Shown: positions 1 through 12,499 of the stretch, one piece after another
Layout: every line of letters begins with the position of its first letter
How positions within the stretch are numbered: the first letter of the stretch is position 1
From: Octopus sinensis
Taxonomy: Eukaryota
Length of the DNA stretch: 64,000 bases
Direction: 5' to 3'
Assembly (NCBI RefSeq): GCF_006345805.1
Contig: NC_043011.1
Coordinates: 4,216,001 to 4,280,000 of the forward strand
Position numbers and translations under genes: made by a program
The notes under the pieces: model-generated
Database searches by the model: none
What the model was told of the DNA's origin: nothing
The model's input: the letters and a program-made list of their open reading frames with translations, nothing else

Positions 1-3000
1 CACTCTTAAAAAAAAAAGATGTTACCCTTGCTAAAATCTCCCACCACCAATGAATAAAAACATGTAAAATGTCAATGAGAAAAATTCTGTGCAGTGACTA
101 AATATTCCTCCTTTACTATTGATATCAAATATTTTTGTTATCCATTAATTTTGATTTCTAAAGTATTATTCTGTAACTTAACTCTGGTTATTGTTAATCT
201 TCGTCTGTCAATCTTTGCCTAAGTGAAACAAGAATATTGTGATGTTTTCTAGATTACTACCATCCACCCGTTTCACTTATTAGAAGGTGCCAAACTATTA
301 TTCTGTAATTGTAACATGAAAACAAGTTGGTTTTATTTCCTGTGTTCTTTGGAAAAGTTATCACATGACAATGGTTTGGAAATCAAACTCTATTACTATA
401 AATATATTTATGTTGTTGAGTTGGATTCTACCCATGTAATTCCTGCTGTTAATAGTTGTATCTGACATCTTACAATATTTGTTACAGATAATAAGAAGCT
501 ATTCTGTAGATAAGCACAAGCTTAGCCATGTTGTTGAGAAGTTCTGATTTACAACAATGGGGATCTGGGTTTGATCCTGCTGTGCTGCATCTACTGTAGC
601 CTAAGGGTGATTAATGCTTTGTGAGTAGAATTTCGTTGACCGAAACTGTGTGCATGCATTCATACACAACCCTCACCACCTCACACAAACACACACACAC
701 ATGCATGCATGCATGCACATATGTTATGTGGTAAATTTGAAGAAGTGTCAGAACACCAGACATTGCCTTGTGGTATTCACTGGCCTATTGTACTCCAAGT
801 GCAAATACTGATGAGGCCATCTTTGTGTTCCATCCTTTTGTGGTTGAGTTGATAAATACAACACCAGTCATCTGCTGGAATCGTTTCTCTCCTCTTTCTG
901 TTTGACCTTTTCTCTCTTTCTGGAACACATCAGCTAATAATTAAGCTTGAGATGGATGGGCTCCACCAGGGCTAAATATACCTAAGATAACATTAGAAGT
1001 TCAGATCATATTGTACGATGTACACACACACACACACACACGTGTCTGTGTGTGTGTGTAAAACACAAATGCTTCTAGAAAACAAAAATTAAGAATTGAT
1101 TTAAAAATGTGTATTGTTTTTCTTTTTGTGTCAAAATGCTGAATGACATAATGACGGTGTCAAACCTTACATTAATACTGCAATCATTATGTTGTGACCC
1201 TGAGCAGCTCATAGCTCTACTTTCATCAGTTGACTCTGTCCAATATTACCCCATTGTTAAATGATTACAAGTAGAAAGTATCTAACTGGAAAGTGGCTAA
1301 TCTCCTAAGATATAAGAAACCTTTTTCTTTGATTGATCCCTATTGTCCAAAGGATAAAAATTTAGAAGAGTTTGGAAGTGCTTGAATGACAAGAAGATCT
1401 TATTGCTGTTGCTCAGTTAATTGTAGAAATAAACAGAATGAGATTTTGGCTTGTGTAGTTCAGTTGCTTTGGTCAGCTCTACTGAAGTGGTCGTATGAAA
1501 TTGACATAGTTATTGGAAGAAATAGTGAATTGAAGAGGAAGCCATAGAATTCTGTCTTTTATTGTGGGTTATGCAGTCATGAAAACTCAGTCTTAAAACA
1601 TATGGCTTTCATTTTAAAGACTGCATGGAATTTATTGATGAAGATAACGTAATATACAAATGGCTACAATGGAAAATTCAAGGAACTACATCAATGAATC
1701 TCTCACTCTCTTTCTATCTTTTCTCCTCTCTCCCCCTTCTCTCTCTCTGTCTATCTATCTCTCTATCTGTCTATCTATTTCTTATGTATTTACTGGCATT
1801 ACCTTACAGTATGGCAAGAAAGTTCTCTGGCTTTCAATGCCATAACATTTGTTCTGTAGCTGGTTCTCCTTCAAAATGACATTGAACTGAAATGTATCAA
1901 ATTTCTAATGCAGAAGAAATATGTATAATGATCAAATTTCAAAACCTTACCAAAACAACCAAAGGTCTAAATGTTTGCCTTCCATAATAGTGAGGCTGTG
2001 ACACAAGCCAAAAGCAGTTTCCATTCTGTTGTTGAAACTGTGAAAGGCTTAAAACATTGATAATTATGATGGATTTAGGGACCTAATTGTTGGAAATGAG
2101 CTGTAAGGGGTTCATATCAAAACATGATAAAACACCTTTATAAAAAATTTAAAGCTTGAATAAATTCATGTCTTTAATACTAGTTTAAAAGAAAAGCTGT
2201 TTCTCATACATACAAAAATAAATGCACACATATACATACATAAATACAAACATACACACATTGTTGTTGTTTGCAGTGTTTCTTGTTTGTTTGTTTTTTC
2301 TAGAAATAAAAGTGCATCAAGTGATGAAAATGTGTCTCATTTTTCTCCATTTTCACTTTTAATGAAAATTATTTAAAATTCAATGCACATAGGATTCATA
2401 TCAAAAGATATGTTAGAATGTCACCATTCAGAATATGTATATAAGTAATATATTTTTATAATATATGAAACAGAATCCTGTTCCAAACCAGTGTGTTTGT
2501 ATGCCATTGTAATTTCAATATAGCTGGATTTTCACATTTTATTTTTTATTAATTATTTTCTCAGATACTTGTATTTTGCATTAAATTTCTGGTTAATATT
2601 AACATGGTGGTGATAAATATAACTAGGTGGTATTACTGTATAATAGAAATGAGAAACTGATCACTTATGGAGATCTGTCTGATGACTATAGTTCCCAATT
2701 TGTTCCCAGTTTACTTGCATTTCCTCTTATAATGAATTTCCAGTCTGACCAATACATGTATTTGAACAAGTCTGTCATTTCATTGAGTAAAACAGAGGTT
2801 TGGTTATACAGTTCGAATTTGCACTTGAAAATACTTTCTTTCTAATCTTTATGTTGATATAATGACCAGCAAGTAAAAACAGAAATACACTACAACCAGC
2901 ATCACAAATACTGTGAAATTTTTATTGTTGTTCTTCACTTTAAACTTTGCCTTTGTCAGTAATTGTCTCAAGTTCTTCAATTATCATTTTCTTTGACCAA

Positions 3001-3415
3001 GTGTTCCAGCTAGTAATTGTATCCTTTAATTATTTGTGTCCTTTAATTTTATTATTTTGCCTGATAATGAGACAGTTTGAGTTAGTGACATTGAGTAATT
3101 TCATTAAGTGGATTATATGTCATTACAAAAGTTTCTATATCCCAGTCTTTTGGTTCACTCTCTTGCATTGCATGAAGTGGTTGTATATGTGTTCATTTTT
3201 CACTTGTGTATTCTTTTGTTCAAGGAGGGAATGGGGTGAATATTTTTATAAATAGAAATCCTTTGAGTTCTATATGTCATTTTCCTCAGGTAGTTACATC
3301 TTCAGTGAAGATACAAATTTTTCCTGGATAGAAAATATGCAATAATAAATTTTATGTGTGGTATATGGGTGGGTATGATTTCAAGTTTAGGGATGATATG
3401 TGTCTATGTCTTTGT

Positions 3416-3592
3416 AGATAATCTTTTGGTAGGGTCCAAAGATATGGTTCACCACAATTTTATATTGTAAACCTGTAGATGGGCTCTAGGCAAACTGGTT
3501 TTTACATAGTGGTATATATGTTTGTGTGTGTGTGTGTGTGAAAAAGCAAAAATGCTAGTTCTTAAGTCTCTCTAAGAGATCCACTTTAACAT
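3416..3592. repeat. Left arm of local inverted duplication (partner 4387-4803)
   Basis: agataatcttttggtagggtcc...gagatccactttaacat is the reverse complement of 4387-4474 plus 4696-4803. Confidence 0.9.
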
Positions 3593-4386
3593 ATATCCAT
3601 TGTGATGTTGGTGTTATTCTTAATCACTTTTATGTCCAGGTGTGGTAATTTATTATAGTGATCATCTTTGTTGTCAATTTCAGAGTTTGGTTTAAACTTT
3701 TTAGAAGGACACTGAGTTCTTCTAAATTACTAATTTTGTCCACGTTTTAAAATAGTCAAGTAATCTTTTTCATGAGTCTTGTATATATCTTCTAAAATTG
3801 GTTATATAGTTTTCTTCCGCTTCATGCAACAGTTTTCCTTCTATGCTTCCCATCACTGAGTTGGCATGTCTTTGAGCAAACTTGGTTGGCTTCTATGGTT
3901 GTACTTCTAATTTGTAGGAAGTTTTTCCTATAATAAAAGAATGTGCTGTTTTAAAAATTATAACTGACATTATCTAATCTAAACTTCATGGTAAATTTGG
4001 AAGTTACCTTTATGATTTTCTACCCAGTATTTGAAAGCTGTTATTTCTAACTCATATGGAATATTTGTGTAGGGGCTTACAACAGAAATGAATTCAGTGT
4101 TGCTTACTAACACCAAATTCCAGTCTGTTGCTTTGAGTAGATGAGGCATGAAGTCAGTGCTATCCAGAGCAATATTTGGAAGGTTAGTAGGTACACAATG
4201 ATATGCACACATACGCATGCACACACGCATGTGCACACACACACATTAACAAAATGAAACAGTTGTAATGGAGAATAAATTATACCAGAAAATTTTCATT
4301 TTCCTGTTTGCCTTGTTAACCAGTTAGAGGAGATGTCCTCTCGGGCTTAAATAAAATCACAGTAGAGTCCACTCAAACAGACATCC

Positions 4387-4803
4387 ATGTTAAAGTGGAT
4401 CTCTTAGAGAGACTTAAGAACTAGCATTTTTGCTTTTGCACACACACACACACACACACAAACACATATATACCTATTTCTTTATTACCCACAAGGGGCT
4501 AAACACAGAGGGGACAAAGAAGGACAGACATAGATCGACCCCCAGTGCGTAACTGGTATTTAATTTATCGACCCTGAAAGGATGAAAGGCAAAGTCGACC
4601 TCGGCGGAATTTGAACTCACAACATAACGCAGACGAAATACGGCTACGCATTTCGCCCGGCATGCTAACATTTCTGCCAGCTCGCCGCCTTTAACACACA
4701 TATATACCACTATGTGAAAACCAGTTTGCCTGGAGCCCATCCACGGGTTTACAATATAAAATTGTGATGAACCATAACCATGGACCCTACCAAAAGATTA
4801 TCT
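4387..4803. repeat. Right arm of inverted duplication, interrupted by a SINE
   Basis: atgttaaagtggatctcttagagagacttaag...ggaccctaccaaaagattatct, with a SINE inserted at TSD acacatatatacc (4462-4474 / 4696-4708). Confidence 0.9.
4473..4690 (-). mobile_element. SINE family B (tRNA-derived, Nin/Deu-like central domain)
   Basis: Head ggcggcgagctggcagaa, B-box-like gagttcaaattcc, domain gactttgcctttcatcctttc-gggtcgataaa, tail agccccttgtgggtaataaagaaat, 13-bp TSD. Confidence 0.9.
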
Positions 4804-6514
4804 GGAGTTCTTCACTAATCTAAGTACAGTTAAAACCCATGTAATTTGCACACCTGTGTAACTTACGCAGGTGATTCTCAGAATAAAAATTGTTAAAAAA
4901 AGCTTCTATTCATGTAAAATTCACACCCAAAAGTTTTCATAATTGCTGATATGGCCAGGGGGAAAAGGTTTTTAATTTAGTTATATTTAGCAGAATTTCA
5001 CTTACTTTCATTAAATAAAAAATAATTTCTGTTTAACAGGTATCACATTGAAAGCTATTTAATCACAAAGTGTTTATGTCATTTATAATAAACTTTATTT
5101 TACATTACATGCCCACAAGAGATTATGTCTGATCTTTAGCATACTGTCATACGTCTTCTCAAATCATGATCACAGGAAAAGTTGTTGATAATTCTTAATA
5201 ACAAAAACAAAGCTGATAAATATGCACAAGTGTTGCAAAATAAGTTTAATTACCAATAAACATCAGCTTGGATGACACACCAACAGAAGGAGATGACCGA
5301 TCAAACTGATTATGTAAACAGAATTCTGATTGGTCGAAAGTGTCTTGTCTCAATCTCTGATTTTCTGCCTATTCTTGTAGGAACCTTTGATATGGAGTAT
5401 CGAAATTTTAATCCTGTTCACACTTATAAAATGTCAAGCAAACTTTAAAATTTGTCATTACTGTTTTAGCCAGGAGACCAAACTGATACTTTGTAACCTG
5501 CTAAAATAAACATTAAAATTCGAAAGAACATAAACAGCTTTGCAAGTTTAACTCAGTGTTTATTGAACAAGTGACATGCAAAATTTAAGAAGCAACCTGT
5601 TAGAATATACACGTCTGTGAGGAGATATAAACAAGAATAGCAAAAATCTTCTATACCAAAGCAGCTGGTAATATATACATTACAAGTGTTCCATGAAGAG
5701 AACATAAGATTGCTGCATAATTCAACACGAATGTAAAATGACATTAAACATCGTACAAGGTAAATGAAGGTTTCTGTAGGAAAGCTAAGTCATATTCATT
5801 AATGAGTTTACATGCGCAAGGATGTATTATGATGTTGTCATTGGCATTAGGTGCAGTAAGAGCTGGTCATGGTGATGTCGGCAGTGATGAATTTCCTTGT
5901 CCTAATTGTGGAGAAAGCGAGCAACAGCTTCCTGGAGGTAAACCAAGCTAGACTTCTTAAGCAGAGAAAAACTGATCTATTTAAGGAAATTGCTGGACTC
6001 CATTGCGATTGGTAGAAACTCCAAGCAATGTAAAATATGGCCTGGACCATGTTTACCAGCATGAACGTCAAACTTCAAAAAGTAGTTAAGTATTTAATGG
6101 TTTTAGTAAATTTATACAGAAAAAGTGAGCATTATACCGTCAGGCATAAACAAAAGTCAACTTCATTATATTTGTTCTGTAAAAACCTATTCTGACATTA
6201 AATGAGTCAACTTCCCGTATGATTGTTTACATTTGTACGCCATTTTTCTACAAAAACATTTCTGGATTTGATCTACTCGTAATTTACACACCCCTAAAGT
6301 TTATCTTTGTTTTTGCGAAAAAAAAGTGCGTAAACGACATGGGTTTTTATGGTAATATTGTTAGCCTGGTGTTCCAACAGAGAGCTTGTGAAGTATTTTG
6401 CCTGGATTGATAATCCCTCACTATTTGAGCTGTTTAAACACTTTATATATATATATATATAGATATATATATATATAAGTACATATATATATGTATGTAT
6501 GTATTAATGCAAAA

Positions 6515-6655
6515 ACTGCCTGATGAAGTATGTACGTAGAATTAATAGGTTCCTATAGGGACCATGGATATTATATGATATTTAATAATATCATATGAAT
6601 GTGGTAAGATGGTCCCATAAAAATTCATGTCTTGTAGAAACATATGTAGGAATTC
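6515..6655 (+). ncRNA. Decayed type I hammerhead-ribozyme-like motif with long stem II (Penelope-like relic between (TA)n tracts)
   Basis: CTGATGA 6520-6526, GAAA 6637-6640, palindromic stem III ACATATGT then A (GUA site). The intervening 110 nt contain gggaccat/atggtccc and atatgatatt/aatatcatat pairings. Stem I is imperfect (aactgc vs ggaatt). Confidence 0.5.
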
Positions 6656-6758
6656 ATTAATAAATATAGAAAATCTTCATCTGTGAAATATTCCTTGTGA
6701 AATATTTATTAATATATATGTATATGTGTATATATATATATATAATATATATATATAT

Positions 6759-6792
<34 letters not shown>

Positions 6793-6814
6793 TATATATA
6801 TATATATGTATATA

Positions 6815-6857
<43 letters not shown>

Positions 6858-7475
6858 ACACACGCATACACATATGATGGGTCCATCCCTGCAGATCACG
6901 TGTTGTGTAACAACAGTGGTTCTGTCATCAAAATAGGGCAGTTTAAGAAAGCACATATCAGACTTAGGATTATGGGCCCTTTTATATTGTTTACTCCCTT
7001 TATGCATGTGTGTTTGTGTGTGTGCGTGTGTGTTTATATAAAGAAAATGATGGTAGTTAGAATGAGGATAGAAACTATTTATTTAGCACTTTCCTCCATT
7101 TCAGGGACTCATCATGAAAGGGTTTCAAGGAATTTGCCATGTATCTCTTCCATAGCAAGACTCATGTGCTTATCTGGCCAGCATACTTTACCTTCTCAAT
7201 ACTTGGCATAAAGCCACCTACCCCTCTACTACAACACCACTTATTTTAGGGAGCTTCTTTTTTTTTCTTTTTCGTTTTGTAAGTTACTTGACAACTTGTG
7301 CTGGTGTCAAAGATAAAAGTACGCAGAACATTCAATAAAGTGGTTGGTGTCAGGAAGGGCATCCACTCATAGAAACCATGCCAATAGAGACACTGGCATG
7401 CAATGCAATCCTCCAGCTCATTCGTTGGATCCTGCCAAACTCTCCAGCCTATGCCAGCATCGAAATGATGATGAT

Positions 7476-7485
7476 AATTATATAT

Positions 7486-7538
<53 letters not shown>

Positions 7539-7558
7539 ATATATATATATTTATAAAT

Positions 7559-7609
<51 letters not shown>

Positions 7610-7626
7610 AATATATATATAAATAT

Positions 7627-7679
<53 letters not shown>

Positions 7680-7684
7680 AATAT

Positions 7685-7734
<50 letters not shown>

Positions 7735-7742
7735 TAATAAAT

Positions 7743-7779
<37 letters not shown>

Positions 7780-7799
7780 ATATATATATAAATATATAT

Positions 7800-7833
<34 letters not shown>

Positions 7834-7945
7834 AATATATATAATATATATATTATATATATAAATATATTTATATATATATACATACATACATACATAC
7901 ACACACACACACTGAGTGAAAGAGAGAGAGAGAGAGAGACTGATT
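7476..7945. repeat. Long compound (TA)n/(TAAA)/(CA)/(GA) microsatellite
   Basis: Direct inspection. It explains the spurious YI-rich ORFs. Confidence 0.95.
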
Positions 7946-8539
7946 GATTGATTGACTTACTAGTTTTTGTTTTTGTTTTTTTTTTTTGTTTTCTTGTCTG
8001 AAAAATTTCAAATAAATAATTGTTTTTCTATTTATAATTCCTAGTCAATTTTTTAAATAAGAAATGTTGGCACCATCTTTATTTCTGAGGCCCCATGTCA
8101 ATGAAAGCATTCATATTGTGAAAAGTAGATGCTTTATACATGTCAAGAAAGGAAAGTGTTTTTCTCTTGCCAAAAAAGTGTAAATGTTTTTGTTTGGGGG
8201 GGCGAAAAACAAAAGTGTTTTATGGGCTATTATTTCAACTAGACAGTGTGGACTTTAATAATTACTTTCTGTTAGAAAAAGTTATATTACTCATAACTAA
8301 TTAATAAACAGCTTTCTTTCTCATTGTATAGATGCTTGTCACATCTTACACCCAATAATACATGAACTGTATGAATTATCCAAAACATGGTTTAGTTGAG
8401 ATGTATTTTTAATCACAATTTCTTGCTGCCCTTTATCAGGTATCCATCTGCATGAGGTAGAACTTCCCTAAGCTTTACATCCTCACCACAATTTGAACAA
8501 ATTCAAATGCAAGGAGAGAGGCTACAAATTTGCAGAAAA

Positions 8540-8962
8540 CTCCCCCCCCCCACTGCTTGACAACTGGTTTTGGTGTGTTTATGTCCCTGTAACTTAGCGG
8601 TTCAGCAATGAGTCCAGTGGAATAAAACAGAAGTACTGGGGTCAATTCCTTTGACTAAAAATTGTTCGTGGCTTTGCCCCAGAATGGCCACAGTCTAATG
8701 ACTGAAAGAAGTAAAAGATAAAAGATTAATACATATATGAATGTATTTCTGTCTGTGTGTCCCCGACCACTGCTTGATATTTGGTGTTGGTTTGTTTATG
8801 TTCCCGTGACTTATTGGTTTGGCAATAGAAACTGATAGAATAAGTATCAGGCTTTTAAGAAAAGTAATAAGTACTGTTGTCAATTCATTTGACTAACACC
8901 CTTCATGGTGATGCCCCAGCATGGCCATAGTCCAGTGACTGAAACAAGTAAAAGATAAAAGA
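8540..8962 (+). mobile_element. Two tandem degenerate 3' halves of SINE family A
   Basis: cactgcttgacaac...cagtctaatgactgaaa..gtaaaagataaaag occurs twice. Confidence 0.75.
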
Positions 8963-9018
8963 ATTTGATGGCCACAACTACAATGATGACAGTATCACAC
9001 TTGATGATTTATATCGTC

Positions 9019-9433
9019 TACTCTTTTACTCTTTTAGTTGTTTCAGTCATTTGACTGCGGCCATGCTGGAGCACTGCCTTTAATCGAGCAACTCGACCCC
9101 ATGACTTATTCTTTTGTAAGCCCAGTACTTATTCTATCAGTCTCTTTTGCTGAACCGCTAAGTAACGGGGACATAAACATACCAGCATCGGTTGTCAAGC
9201 AATGCTAGGGGGACAAACACAGACACACAAACACACACACATATATATATATATTTATATATATATACATATATACGACGGGCTTCTTTTAGTTTCCGTC
9301 TACCAAATCCACTCACAAGGCTTTGGTCGGTCCGAGGCTATAATAGAAGACACTTGCCCAAGGTGCCACGCAGTGGAACTGAACCCGGAACCATGTGGTT
9401 GGTAAACAAGCTACTTACCACACTGCCACTCCT
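9019..9433 (-). mobile_element. SINE family A (tRNA-derived, CORE-like domain, internal (TA)/(TG) tract, GTAAAAGA tail)
   Basis: Near identical to the other copies, with CORE-like ccttgggcaagtgtctt and tail gactgaaacaactaaaagagtaaaagag. Confidence 0.9.
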
Positions 9434-9774
9434 AGCCAACACTTTACTGTTAACTATTTTACTTTTCTTCCTTAATTGTCTTCTGATGGAAAATGTTTGC
9501 TTTTAACTTCTAAAACACCTGCTGTTGACTTTCACTTTCAAATGACTCTGGATACAATGAAACACTGGAATGTTTTATTTCTGGCAATTCTAGCTTAATA
9601 TGTTAATTGATTATTTTTAACACCTGTGTTAAGCTAAACGAACTTAATACTGGTGTTAAGTAAAATGAACCCAAAAGCAGGTGGTTAAGAAGTGACATAC
9701 TTCACCACACAGCCACATCTGTACTTATATTACATACCTCTTATCATTTGATACAAAGCCACCTCACTCAATAC

Positions 9775-10005
9775 CCATTTCTTTATTACCCACAAGGGGC
9801 TAAACACAGAGGGGACAAAGAAGGACAGACATAGGTATTAAGTCAATTACATCGACCCCAGTGCGTAACTGGTACTTAATTTATCGACCCCGAAAGGATG
9901 AAAGGCAAAGTTGACCTCGGCGGAATTTGAACTCACAACATAACGCTGACGAAATACCACTAAGCATTTTGCCCGGCGTGCTAACGTTTCTGCCAGCTCG
10001 CCGCC
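9775..10005 (-). mobile_element. SINE family B
   Basis: Full-length copy with imperfect TSD acctcactca(a)tacc. Confidence 0.9.
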
Positions 10006-10117
10006 TTAGACCTCACTCATACCACTCTCCCCTGTGCGGTGTCTTTGTCTTGCAAGTTACTTGGTCACCTCACTAGTGCTGGTGCAATGTAAATTGTTTA
10101 CACCCAGTACACTCTGT

Positions 10118-10439
10118 AAAAGAAATTTTGAAGTTCAATTTTCCCAATTATTTCATTTTTCCCATGTAACTCTCTAATCTTAGGTCCTATACCTAAAAAC
10201 TAACTTTAAGCCCAAACCTTTAATCACTAACCTTCAACCTAACCCTCAGACCTCACACTAAAACCCTACCCTAACCTAATTTTTCCTTCTGTGATTATAA
10301 TCTCCTATGTTTAATATATATAATTATGAAAGAAATTTAGGAACAAAATGTTAAATATTCAGAAGTTACAATTGTATTCTCCAGAATGGAGAGTTTGAGC
10401 ATTGGCACTAAATTTCTGAAACAAGGAATGTAATTTATT
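10118..10439. repeat. Left arm of ~320-bp inverted duplication (partner 11489-11932)
   Basis: aaaagaaattttgaagttcaatt...aacaaggaatgtaatttatt is reverse-complementary to 11489-11932. It contains degenerate CTAACC-like repeats. Confidence 0.9.
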
Positions 10440-10594
10440 ATGTCAACCACTCTGTAAAGTGGTTGACATTAGGAAGGGCATCCAGAAATGATACCAAAGC
10501 AGACAATAGAACTTTGCACAGTCCTCGACTCCTGTCAAACCGTCCAATCCATGCCAGCATGGAAAATGAATACTAAATGGTAATGATGATGATA

Positions 10595-10991
10595 TCTTTA
10601 TATATAAAAGAGAAGTTGTGTGTCTGTCTCCTACGATTTAGATTCCTAACTACTCCCACATTTTGCGGTGCAGTTTAACCAAAACCAGGTATCTTATAGT
10701 CGTGATTCATATCGAGCCCTTCTGGGTATTAGCGCACGTCTACGATGAGTCTACGATTTAAAAAAAAATTTACCATCATTTTTTTCCATTTTAATGCATT
10801 TTTTTCGCTATTATATAAGGGAAGTAACTCTTCAAAAATGTCTACGATGAGTCAACGATTTAAAAAAAAATTACCATCATTTTTTTCCACTTTTAATGCA
10901 TTTTTTTGCTATTTTTTGGCTATAACTCTCTAAAAATGCTTATATAGTTATTTCCCTTACAAACCCGAGCAATGCCGGGTGATACTGCTAG
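10595..10991 (+). mobile_element. Non-autonomous Helitron
   Basis: 5' TC after A, subterminal hairpin cccgagcaatgccggg, 3' CTAG followed by T, no TSD. A second copy starts at 21995. Confidence 0.85.
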
Positions 10992-11079
10992 TTTTATTAT
11001 ATATTTCATCAATTAAACTATGGGTTTAATTGCAAAGTTGTGCAATATGAAACCCGTGTCGATTTTCTAGACTTTGAGG

Positions 11080-11470
11080 TGTAGTGTGTGGTAAGAAGCT
11101 TGCTTCCCAACCACATAGTTTGGGGTTCTGTCCCACTGCATGGAACCTTGGGCAAGTTTCTTCTACTATAACTTCAGGCTGACCAAAGCTTTGTGAGTGG
11201 ATTTGGTATACTGAAACTGAAAGAAGCCTGTTGTATATATGTATATATATATTTTTTTTGTGTGTGTGTGTGTGTCCCACCATCTCCATTGCTTGACTAC
11301 TGGTGCTGGTGTGTTTATGTTCCTGTAACTTAGCTGTTCAGCAAAAGGGATCAACAGAATAAGTACCTGGTTTAGACAAAACAAAAACAAAACAACTAAG
11401 TACTGGGGTTGAATGTTTTCAAGATGGTACCCCAGCTTCATTGCAGTTAATGATAGAAAGAAGCAGAAGA
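11080..11470 (+). mobile_element. SINE family A, older degenerate copy
   Basis: gtggtaagaagcttgcttcccaaccacat...ccttgggcaagt...gcttgactactggtgctggtgtg. Confidence 0.8.
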
Positions 11471-11488
11471 TTCTGAAGAGATACGGAA

Positions 11489-11932
11489 AATAAATGACAT
11501 TCCTTGTTTCCGAAATTTAGTGCCAATGCTCAAACTCTCCATTTTGGAAAATACAATCTTAACTTCTGCATCTTTAACATTTTGTTCCTAAATTTCTTTC
11601 ATAATTATATGTATTAAACATATAATTATATTTAATACATAATTATATTTATTAAATTATATATAATTTAATACATATAAATTATGTAATAAATTTATAT
11701 GTATTAAATGTATTTATATGTATTCTGAGATTATAATCTCCTATTGGAGATTATAATCTCAGAAGGAAAAATTAGGTTAAGGTAGGGTTTTAGTGTCAGG
11801 TTTGAGGGTTAGGTTGAAGGTTAGTGATTAAAGGTTTGTGTTTAAAGTTAGTTTTTAGGTATAGGACCTGAGGTTAGAGAGTTACATGGGAAAATGAAAT
11901 GATTGGGATAATTGAACTTCAAAATTTCTTTT
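11489..11932. repeat. Right arm of inverted duplication with ~120-bp AT-rich internal insertion
   Basis: Reverse complement of 10118-10439. The extra segment ~11622-11745 ends in a perfect 17-bp hairpin at 11725-11762. Confidence 0.9.
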
Positions 11933-12499
11933 CCTTTCTTCAGACATTTTTAATGTCTTTTGTTTAAATCAGAGTAATCTAACAAAAAAAAAAAAAAAAT
12001 TCCTGAATAAAATGAAAATGCAAAAAAGTTGATGACCAGATACAACTTGTACTGGATGTCCTCATGCACAACTCATCTGAAGGTGCATTCTGAAACCTTG
12101 AGGTCATTTTCAATGACTGTGATTGATTTTCTGGAGCTTTTATTGATTATTTATCGAGCTTTTTGTACAAAGTTATATGTTCTGATAATATTAGGAACGT
12201 GTGCATGCATTTTGTGTTCAGCTACTGATGTTTGATCTTTGTCAGCAGCTCCTAGCTTCTTTTGAACTTTGACAATGAAGTATCAGGCAACTTCCAGGTA
12301 GCAGGGTATCCATGCATCACTATTCTCTGCTTTGAGTGCAGTGATTACCAGGTGCTTTTTCATTTGCTGAGTTAACCTGATGCCAGACTTTATTTATGTA
12401 AAAATAAGCTAACAAATATAAGTTAGAAGAAAGTTAGCATTTTTGAAAAATAAAAGAAGTATTAGAAAACTTGCATTATTTATGAGATAACATAATATA

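Noticed and set aside
5020-5046. AG|GT recursive-splice-like sites (also ~3289, ~22935, ~54867)
   Set aside because: They have polypyrimidine-CAG followed by GT, but none regenerates a strong GTAAG/GTGAG donor. This number is expected by chance.
5760-6420. Possible ancient Helitron Rep/PIF1 coding relic (LPGGK.., RLLKQ..LI, FQQRAC-like words)
   Set aside because: The similarities are too short and out of order to support without a translated HMM search.
6657-7910. Long YI/IY-rich ORFs (also at 24033-24957, 43165-43868, 61513-63697)
   Set aside because: These are translations of (TA)n/(CA)n microsatellites that lack stops in some frames. They are not genes.
9192-9506. Recurring 'MSSNARGTNT.../MLGGQTQ...' ORF family
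   Set aside because: These are antisense readings of SINE family A. They recur because of SINE copy number, not because they form a protein family.
10225-10280. Interstitial telomere-like CTAACC repeats
   Set aside because: The repeats are highly degenerate and short, and they form part of the duplicated arm rather than a telomeric array.
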